DNA of 64,000 bases. Source: a bacterium (GTDB lineage: Bacteria > Zhuqueibacterota > QNDG01 > JAGLOF01). Positions 1 through 7,012 of this stretch are shown here, one piece after another (the first letter of the stretch is position 1; each line of letters starts with the position of its first letter). The notes beneath the pieces were generated by a model, which was given only the letters and a program-made list of their open reading frames with translations, had not been told where the DNA came from and ran no database searches. Location: positions 959 through 64,958 of the forward strand of contig JAGLOF010000016.1 in assembly GCA_023139105.1 (NCBI GenBank), in the 5' to 3' direction. Position numbers and translations under genes: made by a program.

Positions 1-92
1 TGAGTGGCAACGATTAATGCTTCTTGAGCCTCTTCAATCCAATAATCACGAACAACTTGAAAATCAAAAATATTTATATTTTTATTTGGCAT
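1..92 (-). CDS. hypothetical protein, N-terminus only (continues past left edge); possibly HEPN-like
   Basis: ATG at 92..90, then MPNKNINIFDFQVVRDYWIEEAQEALIVAT stays open to position 1. The W..EA...L helix resembles the start of HEPN-domain proteins, but it is too short to be sure. Confidence 0.3.
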   Translation of the reverse strand, partial: MPNKNINIFDFQVVRDYWIEEAQEALIVAT

Positions 93-142
93 AGAGCCTT
101 TAAATCCTTTAATGCAGATTTCTTCCATTCAATTCTATAAAT
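74..142 (-). pseudogene. RelE/ParE-family toxin, N-terminal fragment only
   Basis: Reads (I)YRIEWKKSALKDLKALCQIKI-stop. YRIEW.KSA.KDLK is the usual RelE/ParE N-terminus, but ATT replaces ATG and the frame ends after 22 codons. Confidence 0.4.
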
Positions 143-329
143 AGCCATTTTTTTTCAATTGTTTAATTACATCATCATGCGAAATCGTATCCTCGTCTCT
201 TCACTCAGCAACTATAGCCAGATCATGTAAATCTTCCAACAAGTGATCATATACACCAATAGGTAAGATTACAGACCGTCTATTACCTTTGTCGTCTGTA
301 ATATAATTCATTTGTTTAACGCTAGACAT
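135..329 (-). pseudogene. RelB/Phd-type antitoxin remnant (frameshifted, in-frame stop)
   Basis: ATG at 329 gives MSSVKQMNYITDDKGNRRSVILPIGVYDH. Similarity then continues in other frames as LEDLHDLAIVAE-TGA-RDEDTIS and HDDVIKQLKKNGYL. It needs two frame corrections (T-run near 240, extra G near 181) plus read-through of the TGA at 204..202. Confidence 0.45.
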
Positions 330-355
330 ATCTTGCTCCTGTCTGGTTTCACTTC

Positions 356-589
356 CTACAAAATCACATACGATCTCATACCATTTTTTAAAAGTATATT
401 AAATATAATGTAAACTGTACAATGGCTAATTTTTTTATAGCTCTGAGCGGCATCGGCTTCAACAGCATTTGCCCCGATAGATGTCGCGGAGCGTAAAAGC
501 TGTTTAGACATAACAAATTCTTTCTTATGGTAAATCAGATATTTATATGTTTCAATAACCTTTAAGGAAAAATCAAAAGTCTTTTCCAA
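356..589 (-). pseudogene. four-helix-bundle protein (23S rRNA intervening-sequence protein family), 3'-truncated
   Basis: FDFSLKVIETYKYL...KEFVMSKQLLRSATSIGANAVEA..AQS matches the family core. After an A7 run the expected KLAIVQ continues only in another frame and then stops. The ORF covers about half the usual ~120 aa and has a TTG start. Confidence 0.55.
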
Positions 590-605
590 TATTATATTTT
601 ACTTT

Positions 606-642
606 TCATCATTCATCATTCATCATTCATTATTCATTATTC
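606..642. repeat. heptanucleotide tandem array (CATCATT)x3-(CATTATT)x2
   Basis: Read directly: tcatcattcatcattcatcattcattattcattattc. It overlaps the last codons of ORF 630..827 and shares a 29-nt core with 1871-1902. Confidence 0.9.
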
Positions 643-827
643 CTAACCTGCATTGCTGCTTTGCTGACACCTTCAACAGATAAATTTTGAAATAAAGTTC
701 TCTGCCATTTGGTATAATCAAATGGTTCTTTTAATAAAAGAGATATAAATTTTTCAGCATCCACACTACCCAACTCTCTGGAAAGTGCATCTAAACCTTT
801 TATTTTAATTTCCATCTCAGTTAACAT
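630..827 (-). CDS. small (65 aa) putative antitoxin-like protein of unassigned family
   Basis: The intact ORF starts 4 nt after the stop of the PIN fragment (TGATCAATG). The GLDAL.RELG..DAE.F....KEPFDYTKW pattern recalls small partners of PIN/TA loci. A 5' copy is duplicated at 2212-2335. Confidence 0.4.
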   Translation of the reverse strand: MLTEMEIKIKGLDALSRELGSVDAEKFISLLLKEPFDYTKWQRTLFQNLSVEGVSKAAMQVRNNE

Positions 828-847
828 TGATCAACCCTCAATTTCAT
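724..847. repeat. 124-bp segmental duplication, copy 1
   Basis: 724-847 matches 2212-2335 with 3 mismatches by eye. It covers the 5' ~100 nt of ORF 630..827 plus the last codons of the PIN fragment. Confidence 0.9.
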
Positions 848-962
848 CGTTAAAGATTTTTTCTTGTATATATAACTTTGCTTCCGTTTCAATACGAATC
901 CTGATCTGTCGTTGATCATCAAAAGGTCTATTTAAACAACCATTATCCAAATAAATTCTCAT
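831..962 (-). pseudogene. PIN-domain nuclease, N-terminal 43-codon fragment
   Basis: MRIYLDNGCLNRPFDDQRQIRIRIETEAKLYIQEKIFNDEIEG-stop. The YLD..C.NRPFDDQ.Q.RIR.E.EA motif is the start of a PIN family that is normally ~150 aa. Confidence 0.5.
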
Positions 963-1022
963 GTACTCTTTCCAATAGAAGTCACTGATTATTTAATAAA
1001 TAAAGTCTGATTCAGCATAGGA

Positions 1023-1277
1023 TTAATCCTCTATTTCAGAAAACTCATCAACAGGCATCAAAATTGACTTTTTGGGTTGACGCGTTGATCCTTGCAAAGC
1101 CAAGAAATCATTCTCAATTTTTTTTAATACTTTGCTTTGAAAGTATTGCTCTCCGCAATAGTCACACTCTTCGCAAGGAACATCATTGACCAATAAAAAG
1201 TGATTATCATGTTTATAGATGTATTGCGTCTTTTTTTCACTGATATTTTTATTACCGCAAAAACTACAGACTTTCAT
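1023..1277 (-). CDS. YgiT-type zinc-finger (MqsA-like) antitoxin
   Basis: 84 aa with CxxC...CxxC (CSFCG ... CEECDYCGEQYF). Its start overlaps the stop of the upstream DUF4258 gene by 4 nt. Confidence 0.75.
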   Translation of the reverse strand: MKVCSFCGNKNISEKKTQYIYKHDNHFLLVNDVPCEECDYCGEQYFQSKVLKKIENDFLALQGSTRQPKKSILMPVDEFSEIED

Positions 1278-1594
1278 TGTTCACCTCTTTCATATATATT
1301 TTTAAACTTGGGAGGTGTGGGTATATAGACGGTAATAATCACGAGGCAATTATCTCTTACTCCGCATACAACATGAACTGGCACGCCGCTTTCAGTAAAA
1401 CCGCCAAGTAAACAACTTATCCCCCTGCCAGTATCTTCATAAGACTCAATAATCCTGCCGTTTACTATCGCCTCTTCAATATCTGTAATATACAGATTAT
1501 CATTTTGTCTTTCAAGGTCGCCATGCTTTGAAAACCAATAATCGTTGTCCCTGACACAATTTTTGATCCAGTCAATGTCTAAAGTCCTGTCCAT
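1274..1594 (-). CDS. DUF4258-family toxin-like protein
   Basis: ORF 1274..1621; the likely start is ATG 1594 (MDRTLDIDW). The F.KH......R.I....IE.AI..G.IIE.Y.....G.S.L..G....G.P.H.V pattern is typical of DUF4258, and it is paired with the YgiT zinc finger. Confidence 0.7.
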   Translation of the reverse strand: MDRTLDIDWIKNCVRDNDYWFSKHGDLERQNDNLYITDIEEAIVNGRIIESYEDTGRGISCLLGGFTESGVPVHVVCGVRDNCLVIITVYIPTPPKFKNIYERGEQ

Positions 1595-1617
1595 AAAATC
1601 CTTCAAAAAACGACAGA

Positions 1618-1776
1618 TCAATAAAGATCAATGAAAAGGTAAGTGTGTCCATATTTTTCTATAATACTATTATTGACAAGTGAGGCAAGTGCCTTTTGAG
1701 TAGTAGAAACCGCTGAAAGGCGGAATCTGCGAGCATATTGATTCGAAAAAATATTTTGCCCGCTAATTGCCAACAC
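1618..1776 (-). pseudogene. C-terminal fragment of an AAA ATPase (Arch_ATPase/DUF234-type winged-helix tail)
   Basis: VLAISGQNIFSNQYARRFRLSAVSTTQKALASLVNNSIIEKYGHTYLFIDLY-stop, preceded directly by an in-frame TAA. It resembles the ...L..L...GIIE....Y.F.DP tail of that family. Confidence 0.35.
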
Positions 1777-1870
1777 TTATAAATAAATTTCTGATAAGCA
1801 GTCTAACGATCAAACAATTCAAAATGGATAATTAAACACCCCCAACACAAACATCAAGCACCTTCAAAAA

Positions 1871-1902
1871 TTATTCATCATTCATCATTCATCATTCATT
1901 AT
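1871..1902. repeat. heptanucleotide tandem array (CATCATT type)
   Basis: ttattcatcattcatcattcatcattcattat lies immediately 3' of the hicB stop (1906-1908). Confidence 0.9.
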
Positions 1903-1905
1903 AAA

Positions 1906-2118
1906 TTATGCAAAAACCAATCGCTTACCACGCGGTTCCGGAACCATATCTCCATAGGCGATTGCAGTATCAATCAATAACCGAATAGCCTCTTCAATAT
2001 TTTTCAGCGCGGTTTCATATGAATCTCCATGGGCACAGCATCCCGGCAGCTCCGGAACCTCTGCAATAAAGAGATTGTCCTCTTCACTCCAATAGATGAT
2101 AATCTCATATTTCCCCAT
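1906..2118 (-). CDS. hicB: HicB-family antitoxin (UPF0150)
   Basis: 70 aa; YEIIIYWSEEDNLFIAEVPELPGCCAHGDSYETALKNIEEAI is the canonical HicB N-domain. Confidence 0.8.
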   Translation of the reverse strand: MGKYEIIIYWSEEDNLFIAEVPELPGCCAHGDSYETALKNIEEAIRLLIDTAIAYGDMVPEPRGKRLVFA

Positions 2119-2218
2119 AAGTTTTCATATCCCGGATGTAAAGTTGAGTAGGGAGCTGGCTCATCGCACCTTCTTTGTATGACTGTTAATGGCTTTTGAA
2201 CGTTTTACTCCGGTTCTT
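2105..2218 (-). pseudogene. hicA toxin remnant
   Basis: Frame reads KNRSKTFKSH-TAA-QSYKEGAMSQLPTQLYIRDMKTYGEI-stop and ends overlapping the hicB start. It resembles the KGSH..YKHP...LP.G.L..IL.D.G tail of HicA. The 5' part is replaced by the 2212-2335 duplication. Confidence 0.35.
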
Positions 2219-2335
2219 TTAATAAAAGAGATATAAATTTTTCAGCATCCACACTACCCAACTCTCTGGAAAGTGCATTTAAACCTTTTATTTTTATTTC
2301 CATCTCAGTTAACATTGATCAATCCTCAATTTCAT
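2212..2335. repeat. 124-bp segmental duplication, copy 2
   Basis: Near-identical to 724-847. It sits between the hicA remnant and a HicB-like fragment. Confidence 0.9.
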
Positions 2336-2353
2336 TAATAAATGCAACCGGAT

Positions 2354-2491
2354 TCAATATAATAATTTTTTACCAATTTCATCATAGGTGGTGCCATCTG
2401 CCATACAACCAGGTAATTCCGGCACTTCTACAACAAAAAATTTATCCTCATCACTCCAATAAATAATCATTTCATAGCGAGTATTAATCAC
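2354..2491 (-). pseudogene. second HicB-like gene, N-terminal fragment
   Basis: (V)INTRYEMIIYWSDEDKFFVVEVPELPGCMADGTTYDEIGKKLLY-stop. It parallels the HicB of 1906..2118 but ends after 45 codons. Confidence 0.5.
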
Positions 2492-2495
2492 AAAT

Positions 2496-2807
2496 TTAAT
2501 GACATCTCTTAAAAATCACCTGCCCCTCATCATCAATATGCTTTCTCAGGGCCTTATTCTTTATTTCATGATAGATCAGCACATCAACACAATAGGGGAC
2601 TGGTCCCTTCTCATTCATCAGGATAGAAACAGTACGTGCATCATTAAGGGTCAATTTTTTTCCAAATAAAGCCAAATCAATATCAGAACCCTTCCTGGCA
2701 TTTCCCATAGCCCGCGACCCAAAAAGAACTACTTTTTCAACGGCCTGCTGTGCATGCATGACTGACATCATATAATTATAGCTCTTAGCTGAGATTCCAT
2801 ATTCCAT
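2496..2807 (-). CDS. minimal nucleotidyltransferase (MNT) antitoxin-type protein
   Basis: 103 aa with the LFGSRAMGNARKGSDIDLALFG nucleotidyltransferase motif. Its start shares position 2807 with the stop codon of the upstream HEPN-type gene. Confidence 0.8.
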   Translation of the reverse strand: MEYGISAKSYNYMMSVMHAQQAVEKVVLFGSRAMGNARKGSDIDLALFGKKLTLNDARTVSILMNEKGPVPYCVDVLIYHEIKNKALRKHIDDEGQVIFKRCH

Positions 2808-3208
2808 TATTGCATCTTCAACAATTGATTATATAGCACCTTCAGCAATGGGAAATAAGTAGTACGGATATCACTCTCAACTCGCAACATGATAGCTTCA
2901 TCGTATACATGGACAGTCAAATTTCTGTCATTGAGCGCTTCCAGCCAATTTTCACCGTCCTCAATCAAATCAATTTGAAAGGCCTGCTTGATTACGTCCC
3001 GGGGCGTTTTCACAAGAAACCCCTCTGATTCCAGGTAATCTTTCAAAGTTTTCCAACCCAATTCAAAGGTAATTTCATAGAATTGTATTAACCCGCCCCG
3101 CTCAGCCTCCGAGGGCTCTGCAATGGACATAGTTCTTTCCAATAAATGGAAAGATTTCTTAAAATTCTCAAATCGCTGTTTCCAACGGATAATCTTAAAA
3201 TTGTCCAT
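2807..3208 (-). CDS. HI0074-family nucleotidyltransferase substrate-binding (HEPN) protein
   Basis: ORF 2807..3241; the likely start is ATG 3208 (MDNFKIIRWKQRFENFKKS). The F.LL......GLIQ.FE.TFELGWKTLKDYL pattern marks the family. Confidence 0.8.
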   Translation of the reverse strand: MDNFKIIRWKQRFENFKKSFHLLERTMSIAEPSEAERGGLIQFYEITFELGWKTLKDYLESEGFLVKTPRDVIKQAFQIDLIEDGENWLEALNDRNLTVHVYDEAIMLRVESDIRTTYFPLLKVLYNQLLKMQ

Positions 3209-3288
3209 GATAGTCCAGGAGCAAATGAAAAGTTTATACACAAAAAGTAACGATTTAGCATCTTTTACAGGACGGACTCTTTACCCTT

Positions 3289-3702
3289 CTAAACATACAA
3301 AGTATAAATAACTGAATAATATTCCTCAAGATCCTTCAGGTGTTTCTCCATAATACTCTTCAGAATATCCAGATCAATTTGCTGATAATCATGTACCGCG
3401 ATATTCCGAAACCCAACCATGCTCGACATCTTATTAAAAATCTCTTTCTCAATCAAACCATTGGTGTGCAGAACATGAAAACATTCCCTGTAAGTAGCAG
3501 GCAACTTCAAACCACGTTCACTGATTACAATATTGGCCATGTCAATTGCCGCTTGAATAGCCCGCTGAAGATTGAGAACAAAAACATCCTGTATCATTAC
3601 ATCATCAAGGCTGGACACATTGAGAGCAGTAACCTTGTGAATAGTGTTCAGACAGTTTTTTATAATAGAAATTTTGGAGAGAATCACATCTTTTTCAAGC
3701 AT
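3289..3702 (-). CDS. hepT: HepT (DUF86) HEPN RNase toxin
   Basis: ORF 3289..3732; the likely start is ATG 3702. RX4HXY motif present (FRNIAVHDY). ATGCTTGA start/stop overlap with the upstream mntA. Confidence 0.8.
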   Translation of the reverse strand: MLEKDVILSKISIIKNCLNTIHKVTALNVSSLDDVMIQDVFVLNLQRAIQAAIDMANIVISERGLKLPATYRECFHVLHTNGLIEKEIFNKMSSMVGFRNIAVHDYQQIDLDILKSIMEKHLKDLEEYYSVIYTLYV

Positions 3703-4108
3703 AAATCCGCCCATTAAGCATATGCTCTTCAATAATTTTTCGGCTTATCTTAAAATCAATGTATTGAGTGATTATACCTGCCTTATAACTGATAAAAACT
3801 ACCGGATCGTTGTTCACTAAAAGGCGACCATTGGCCAGGGCTTGCATGGAAATGATCAAATCCGCATCATTCAGGAACACAATGTCACATTCATAGGGCG
3901 ATACATCCCAAAACGAACGACGAAAGGCCATTTTATCATCCCATGAAGGGGGCTGAGAAAGATAGACGGCCAGATCAATATCGCTCTCGGCATTGAAACT
4001 ATTGCCAAGAATAGAGCCAAAGGCCAAGGCAAACACGGTCCTAGCTTCAAGAATAGGCGTGACGATTGAGAGAATATGTGATTGATTTTGAGTCATTAAA
4101 ATAAACAA
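3695..4108 (-). CDS. mntA: MntA nucleotidyltransferase antitoxin
   Basis: 137 aa with the AFGSILGNSFNAESDIDLAVYL motif, paired with HepT. Confidence 0.8.
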   Translation of the reverse strand: MFILMTQNQSHILSIVTPILEARTVFALAFGSILGNSFNAESDIDLAVYLSQPPSWDDKMAFRRSFWDVSPYECDIVFLNDADLIISMQALANGRLLVNNDPVVFISYKAGIITQYIDFKISRKIIEEHMLNGRIYA

Positions 4109-4305
4109 CCTATAAATAGAACGGAAGACACTAAGAAATACAAGAACTATTTATTTATACTGGCTCTTCTCCGTGGTTCTCCGTGTGCTTAGTGGGCTAA
4201 TCTTTTAATCTCTTAGGAAATTGAAGAGCACCGCCCACGAGGACACTTAAAGACAATGAAAAATGAATATTGATTTATTGGACATATTGATTAAAATAGA
4301 AGCAT

Positions 4306-4434
4306 CTATTTCAACGTAGCTTCAATCTGTACTAAAAACTGTTCAACATCACTCAGATTCCGAATCATGGCCTGACATATTTGCTCATAATCGATTTTAT
4401 CGTAATCATATACCCATGACCGCCTTTCTCTGGG
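4306..4434 (-). pseudogene. HepT/DUF86 C-terminal remnant
   Basis: PRERRSWVYDYDKIDYEQICQAMIRNLSDVEQFLVQIEATLK aligns to FRNIAVHDYQQIDLDILKSIMEKHLKDLEEY of the intact HepT at 3289..3702. The catalytic His is Tyr, the N-terminal ~95 aa are missing, and it overlaps the 3' end of the NTase gene. Confidence 0.45.
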
Positions 4435-4810
4435 CCAGGAAATCAAATGCGCTATGACGTATAGATATCTCATATTGATGCCGCATCTCCAGGTCCGAAT
4501 CACAGAGAATTACGCCTTCACAGACAATTGTGTCGGCCAGCACCAGGTTTTGCAGTGTATTCAGTATGATCACATCAACCTTGTTACACTTTAATGCACG
4601 CATGCAATCGGCAATTAATTGTAACCTGAATTCTAAATTGATACATACGCTATTCACGTAAAAAGCCAAATCTGTATCAGAGACCATTGATCTCTCACCG
4701 GTAACTGTGGAACCAAAACAATAGGCAAAAAGAATTTGGCCTTGATATTTTTTGAATACCGGCTGTAGTTGGATCTGAATTTTTTCGACATCAGAAGAAG
4801 GCATCAGCAT
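4406..4810 (-). CDS. MntA-like nucleotidyltransferase (orphan antitoxin)
   Basis: ORF 4406..4885; the likely start is ATG 4810 or 4804. Motif: YCFGSTVTGERSMVSDTDLAFYV. Confidence 0.7.
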   Translation of the reverse strand: MLMPSSDVEKIQIQLQPVFKKYQGQILFAYCFGSTVTGERSMVSDTDLAFYVNSVCINLEFRLQLIADCMRALKCNKVDVIILNTLQNLVLADTIVCEGVILCDSDLEMRHQYEISIRHSAFDFLAQRKAVMGI

Positions 4811-5102
4811 AAATTCTAAAGTTAGAAAATTAAAAAACATAATCAAAGGCAGAGCCCAAGCAATGCTCTGCCAACTCAGTCCCATATCCGGACCGTGCGG
4901 GAGAAAAATAATATTTGTATTGCCAAAGAGATGTGCATTACAAAGTGCTAAAAAAATAATCCACTAAATACACAGTGCTGAATTATTGGCGAATTTAAAA
5001 TCACATGATAATGGATTAGTGGGCTGTAAAAAGATAATAAATTATTCGGTAAAAATCAAGAGCGAATTCTGAATTAATTATATATAACACATCAGCCCAT
5101 TG

Positions 5103-5687
5103 TTATTTTAGATTGACAACAAGTTCATCCTTAAGATATTTCAAGCTACATTTCGGACATATAGCATCAGCACTATTTGAAAAATCCAACCTGGCACCAC
5201 ATTCACATACCCAGCCGACTATGCGTGCAGGATTACCAACTACCAGGGCGTAATCCGGCACATCTCTGATAACAGTGGAACCTGCACCAACAAAACAGTG
5301 CCTGCCAAGTGTATGTCCGCAAACAATGGTAGCATTGGCTCCAATAGAAGCACCTTCCTTGACCAGTGTGTCCAGGTAAAACTTAGAACCACGCTGTGGA
5401 TACTTACATCTGGGGTTCATAATATTTGTAAATACCATTGACGGGCCACAAAATACATAATCCTCAAGAGTGACACCTTCGTAGATTGAAACATTGTTCT
5501 GAATCTTGACATAATTACCGATGGCAACATTATTGGCAACGTTGACATTCTGACCAAGAGTGCAAACTTTACCAATTTTTGTACCGGACTGCACATGAGA
5601 AAAGTGCCAGATACCCGTGCCTTCGCCTATCTCTACATTATCATCCACATAAGCGGATTCGTGAACTCTATATTTTTTTTCACTCAT
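5103..5687 (-). CDS. wbpD: hexapeptide-repeat N-acetyltransferase, WbpD-like (UDP-2-acetamido-3-amino-2,3-dideoxy-glucuronate N-acetyltransferase)
   Basis: 194 aa. The blocks IQNNVSIYEGVTLEDYVFCGPSMVFTNIMNPR, LVKEGASIGANATIVCG and GNPARIVGW match my recollection of P. aeruginosa WbpD block for block. Confidence 0.8.
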   Translation of the reverse strand: MSEKKYRVHESAYVDDNVEIGEGTGIWHFSHVQSGTKIGKVCTLGQNVNVANNVAIGNYVKIQNNVSIYEGVTLEDYVFCGPSMVFTNIMNPRCKYPQRGSKFYLDTLVKEGASIGANATIVCGHTLGRHCFVGAGSTVIRDVPDYALVVGNPARIVGWVCECGARLDFSNSADAICPKCSLKYLKDELVVNLK

Positions 5688-5710
5688 AACTAAACCTTTT
5701 ATTAAAGAAA

Positions 5711-5911
5711 TGGCACACGGATGACACGGATTTGATAGATAAAAGCGGATTAAATATTATAACTCTAAAATAAAAAATTACGTTTATTCCATATTCTGCG
5801 TGTCACTACTATTACTTGAAATTTCATGCATGAAGAATATCCATGCTTTTATTAAAAAAGTTATATTTTTATCAGTGACTATCGCTCTCAATCCGTTCTT
5901 TCCGTGTGCCA
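5711..5911. repeat. CACGG-rich inverted-repeat element in the wbpB-wbpD gap
   Basis: Arms TGGCACACGGATGACACGGAT (5711-5731) and ATCCGTTCTTTCCGTGTGCCA (5891-5911) are 17/21 complementary. Confidence 0.75.
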
Positions 5912-5917
5912 ATGGTT

Positions 5918-6871
5918 TTATAGCTCTTCTGACGCTTTTTCAAGAATCTCCAGCACATCAACGGCATTACGACTATTGGCAATTTCAATGGGCCGGCCGT
6001 CCAGATGCTCAACAAAATAACGCAACTCAGCAGTAAGCGGAGCGTCACCATGGTAGGGAATGACATCACTGGGGCCGTCGCGCTTTACTGGCGCGCCCTG
6101 AATCCAATCTATCCCCTTCTCATAGAATAACAGTTCCTTTTCTTTGGTGGAATCCTCAAAAGAAAGCATACCCTTGGAACCGATTATTACAAGACGCTGC
6201 TCCTTGAAAGGGTGCAGCCAGGAGACAAATATATGGCCGACTATATTATCGGGATACTCCAGAATAGTCATAGTGGAATCATGTATATGGGGTTGTACAA
6301 AAGCACCGCCACGACTGGTAACCGACATAGGTCTATCTTCAATTAAGTACTGAAATATGGCAATATCATGAGGTGCAAAACTCCAGAGAATATTCTCCTC
6401 AGTGCGTACAGTGCCCAGATTAAGGCGATTGGAATAAATATATTGAAGCTTCCCAATCTTCCCCGATCCCAAAAGTTCTTTAATCTTTAAAATAGCAGGA
6501 TGAAAAAGCAGCACATGACCCACCATAAGATTGACACCCTTTTCATCAGCCAAATTTTTCAGAGTATGGGCATCAGCAGCTGTAAGTGTAATGGGTTTCT
6601 CCACCATTACATGATGACCGGCGGTTATAATCTTAAAAGCAAGCTCAAAGTGCGTCTCTGCGGGCGTGGCTACGGTGTAGCCGTCAAAACCGTGCTTAAG
6701 AGCCTCATCCAAAGTCTCAAAGATGCGAAGATCAGGGTAGACCGACTGAAGCTCGGAACACGTGCGTGGATTGGCCTCAACCACACCGCCAAGAGCCTCT
6801 AGTCCGATCAATGTTTTTATATGATTTTTACCCCAACGACCAGCACCGACAACACATACTTTGTAATTCAT
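5918..6871 (-). CDS. wbpB: Gfo/Idh/MocA-family oxidoreductase, WbpB-like (UDP-GlcNAcA 3-dehydrogenase)
   Basis: ORF 5918..6937; the likely start is ATG 6871 (MNYKVCVVGAGRWGKNH Rossmann motif). It lies between the WbpE-like and WbpD-like genes. Confidence 0.7.
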   Translation of the reverse strand: MNYKVCVVGAGRWGKNHIKTLIGLEALGGVVEANPRTCSELQSVYPDLRIFETLDEALKHGFDGYTVATPAETHFELAFKIITAGHHVMVEKPITLTAADAHTLKNLADEKGVNLMVGHVLLFHPAILKIKELLGSGKIGKLQYIYSNRLNLGTVRTEENILWSFAPHDIAIFQYLIEDRPMSVTSRGGAFVQPHIHDSTMTILEYPDNIVGHIFVSWLHPFKEQRLVIIGSKGMLSFEDSTKEKELLFYEKGIDWIQGAPVKRDGPSDVIPYHGDAPLTAELRYFVEHLDGRPIEIANSRNAVDVLEILEKASEEL

Positions 6872-6904
6872 AGGATTTCCTTTTAACGAAACAAAGAGCA
6901 ATCG

Positions 6905-6995
6905 CACACTGATGACACGGATTAAATGGATGACCACAGTCTAATTAATTATAAAAAATCCGCTTTGATCCGTTAAATCCGTGGTATCCGTGTTC
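6905..6995. repeat. CACGG-rich inverted-repeat element in the wbpE-wbpB gap
   Basis: CACTGATGACACGGATTAAATGGATGA is about 22/27 complementary by eye to GATCCGTTAAATCCGTGGTATCCGTG on the other arm, with a ~30-nt spacer. Same family as 5711-5911. Confidence 0.75.
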
Positions 6996-7012
6996 CATTG
7001 CCTTTAATATTT

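Noticed and set aside
202-204. In-frame TGA in the RelB-like antitoxin as evidence for TGA recoding
   Set aside because: TGA clearly terminates well-conserved genes here (for example metG at 58050-58052, lpxA at 21063-21065, mntA at 3695-3697). The same remnant also carries frameshifts, so it is a pseudogene.
1-4900. TA island as an integron cassette array
   Set aside because: The same-strand small cassettes prompted a search for attC-type paired R''/R' cores (RYYYAAC ... GTTRRRY) in the gaps. There are only isolated CCTAAC/TCTAAC hits without partners, and no intI is in the window.
4181-5032. 10-nt direct repeat TTAGTGGGCT flanking the third MNT module (4181-4192 and 5021-5032) as att-like sites
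   Set aside because: Thousands of 10-mer matches are expected by chance among all position pairs in 64 kb, and the flanks do not extend the similarity.
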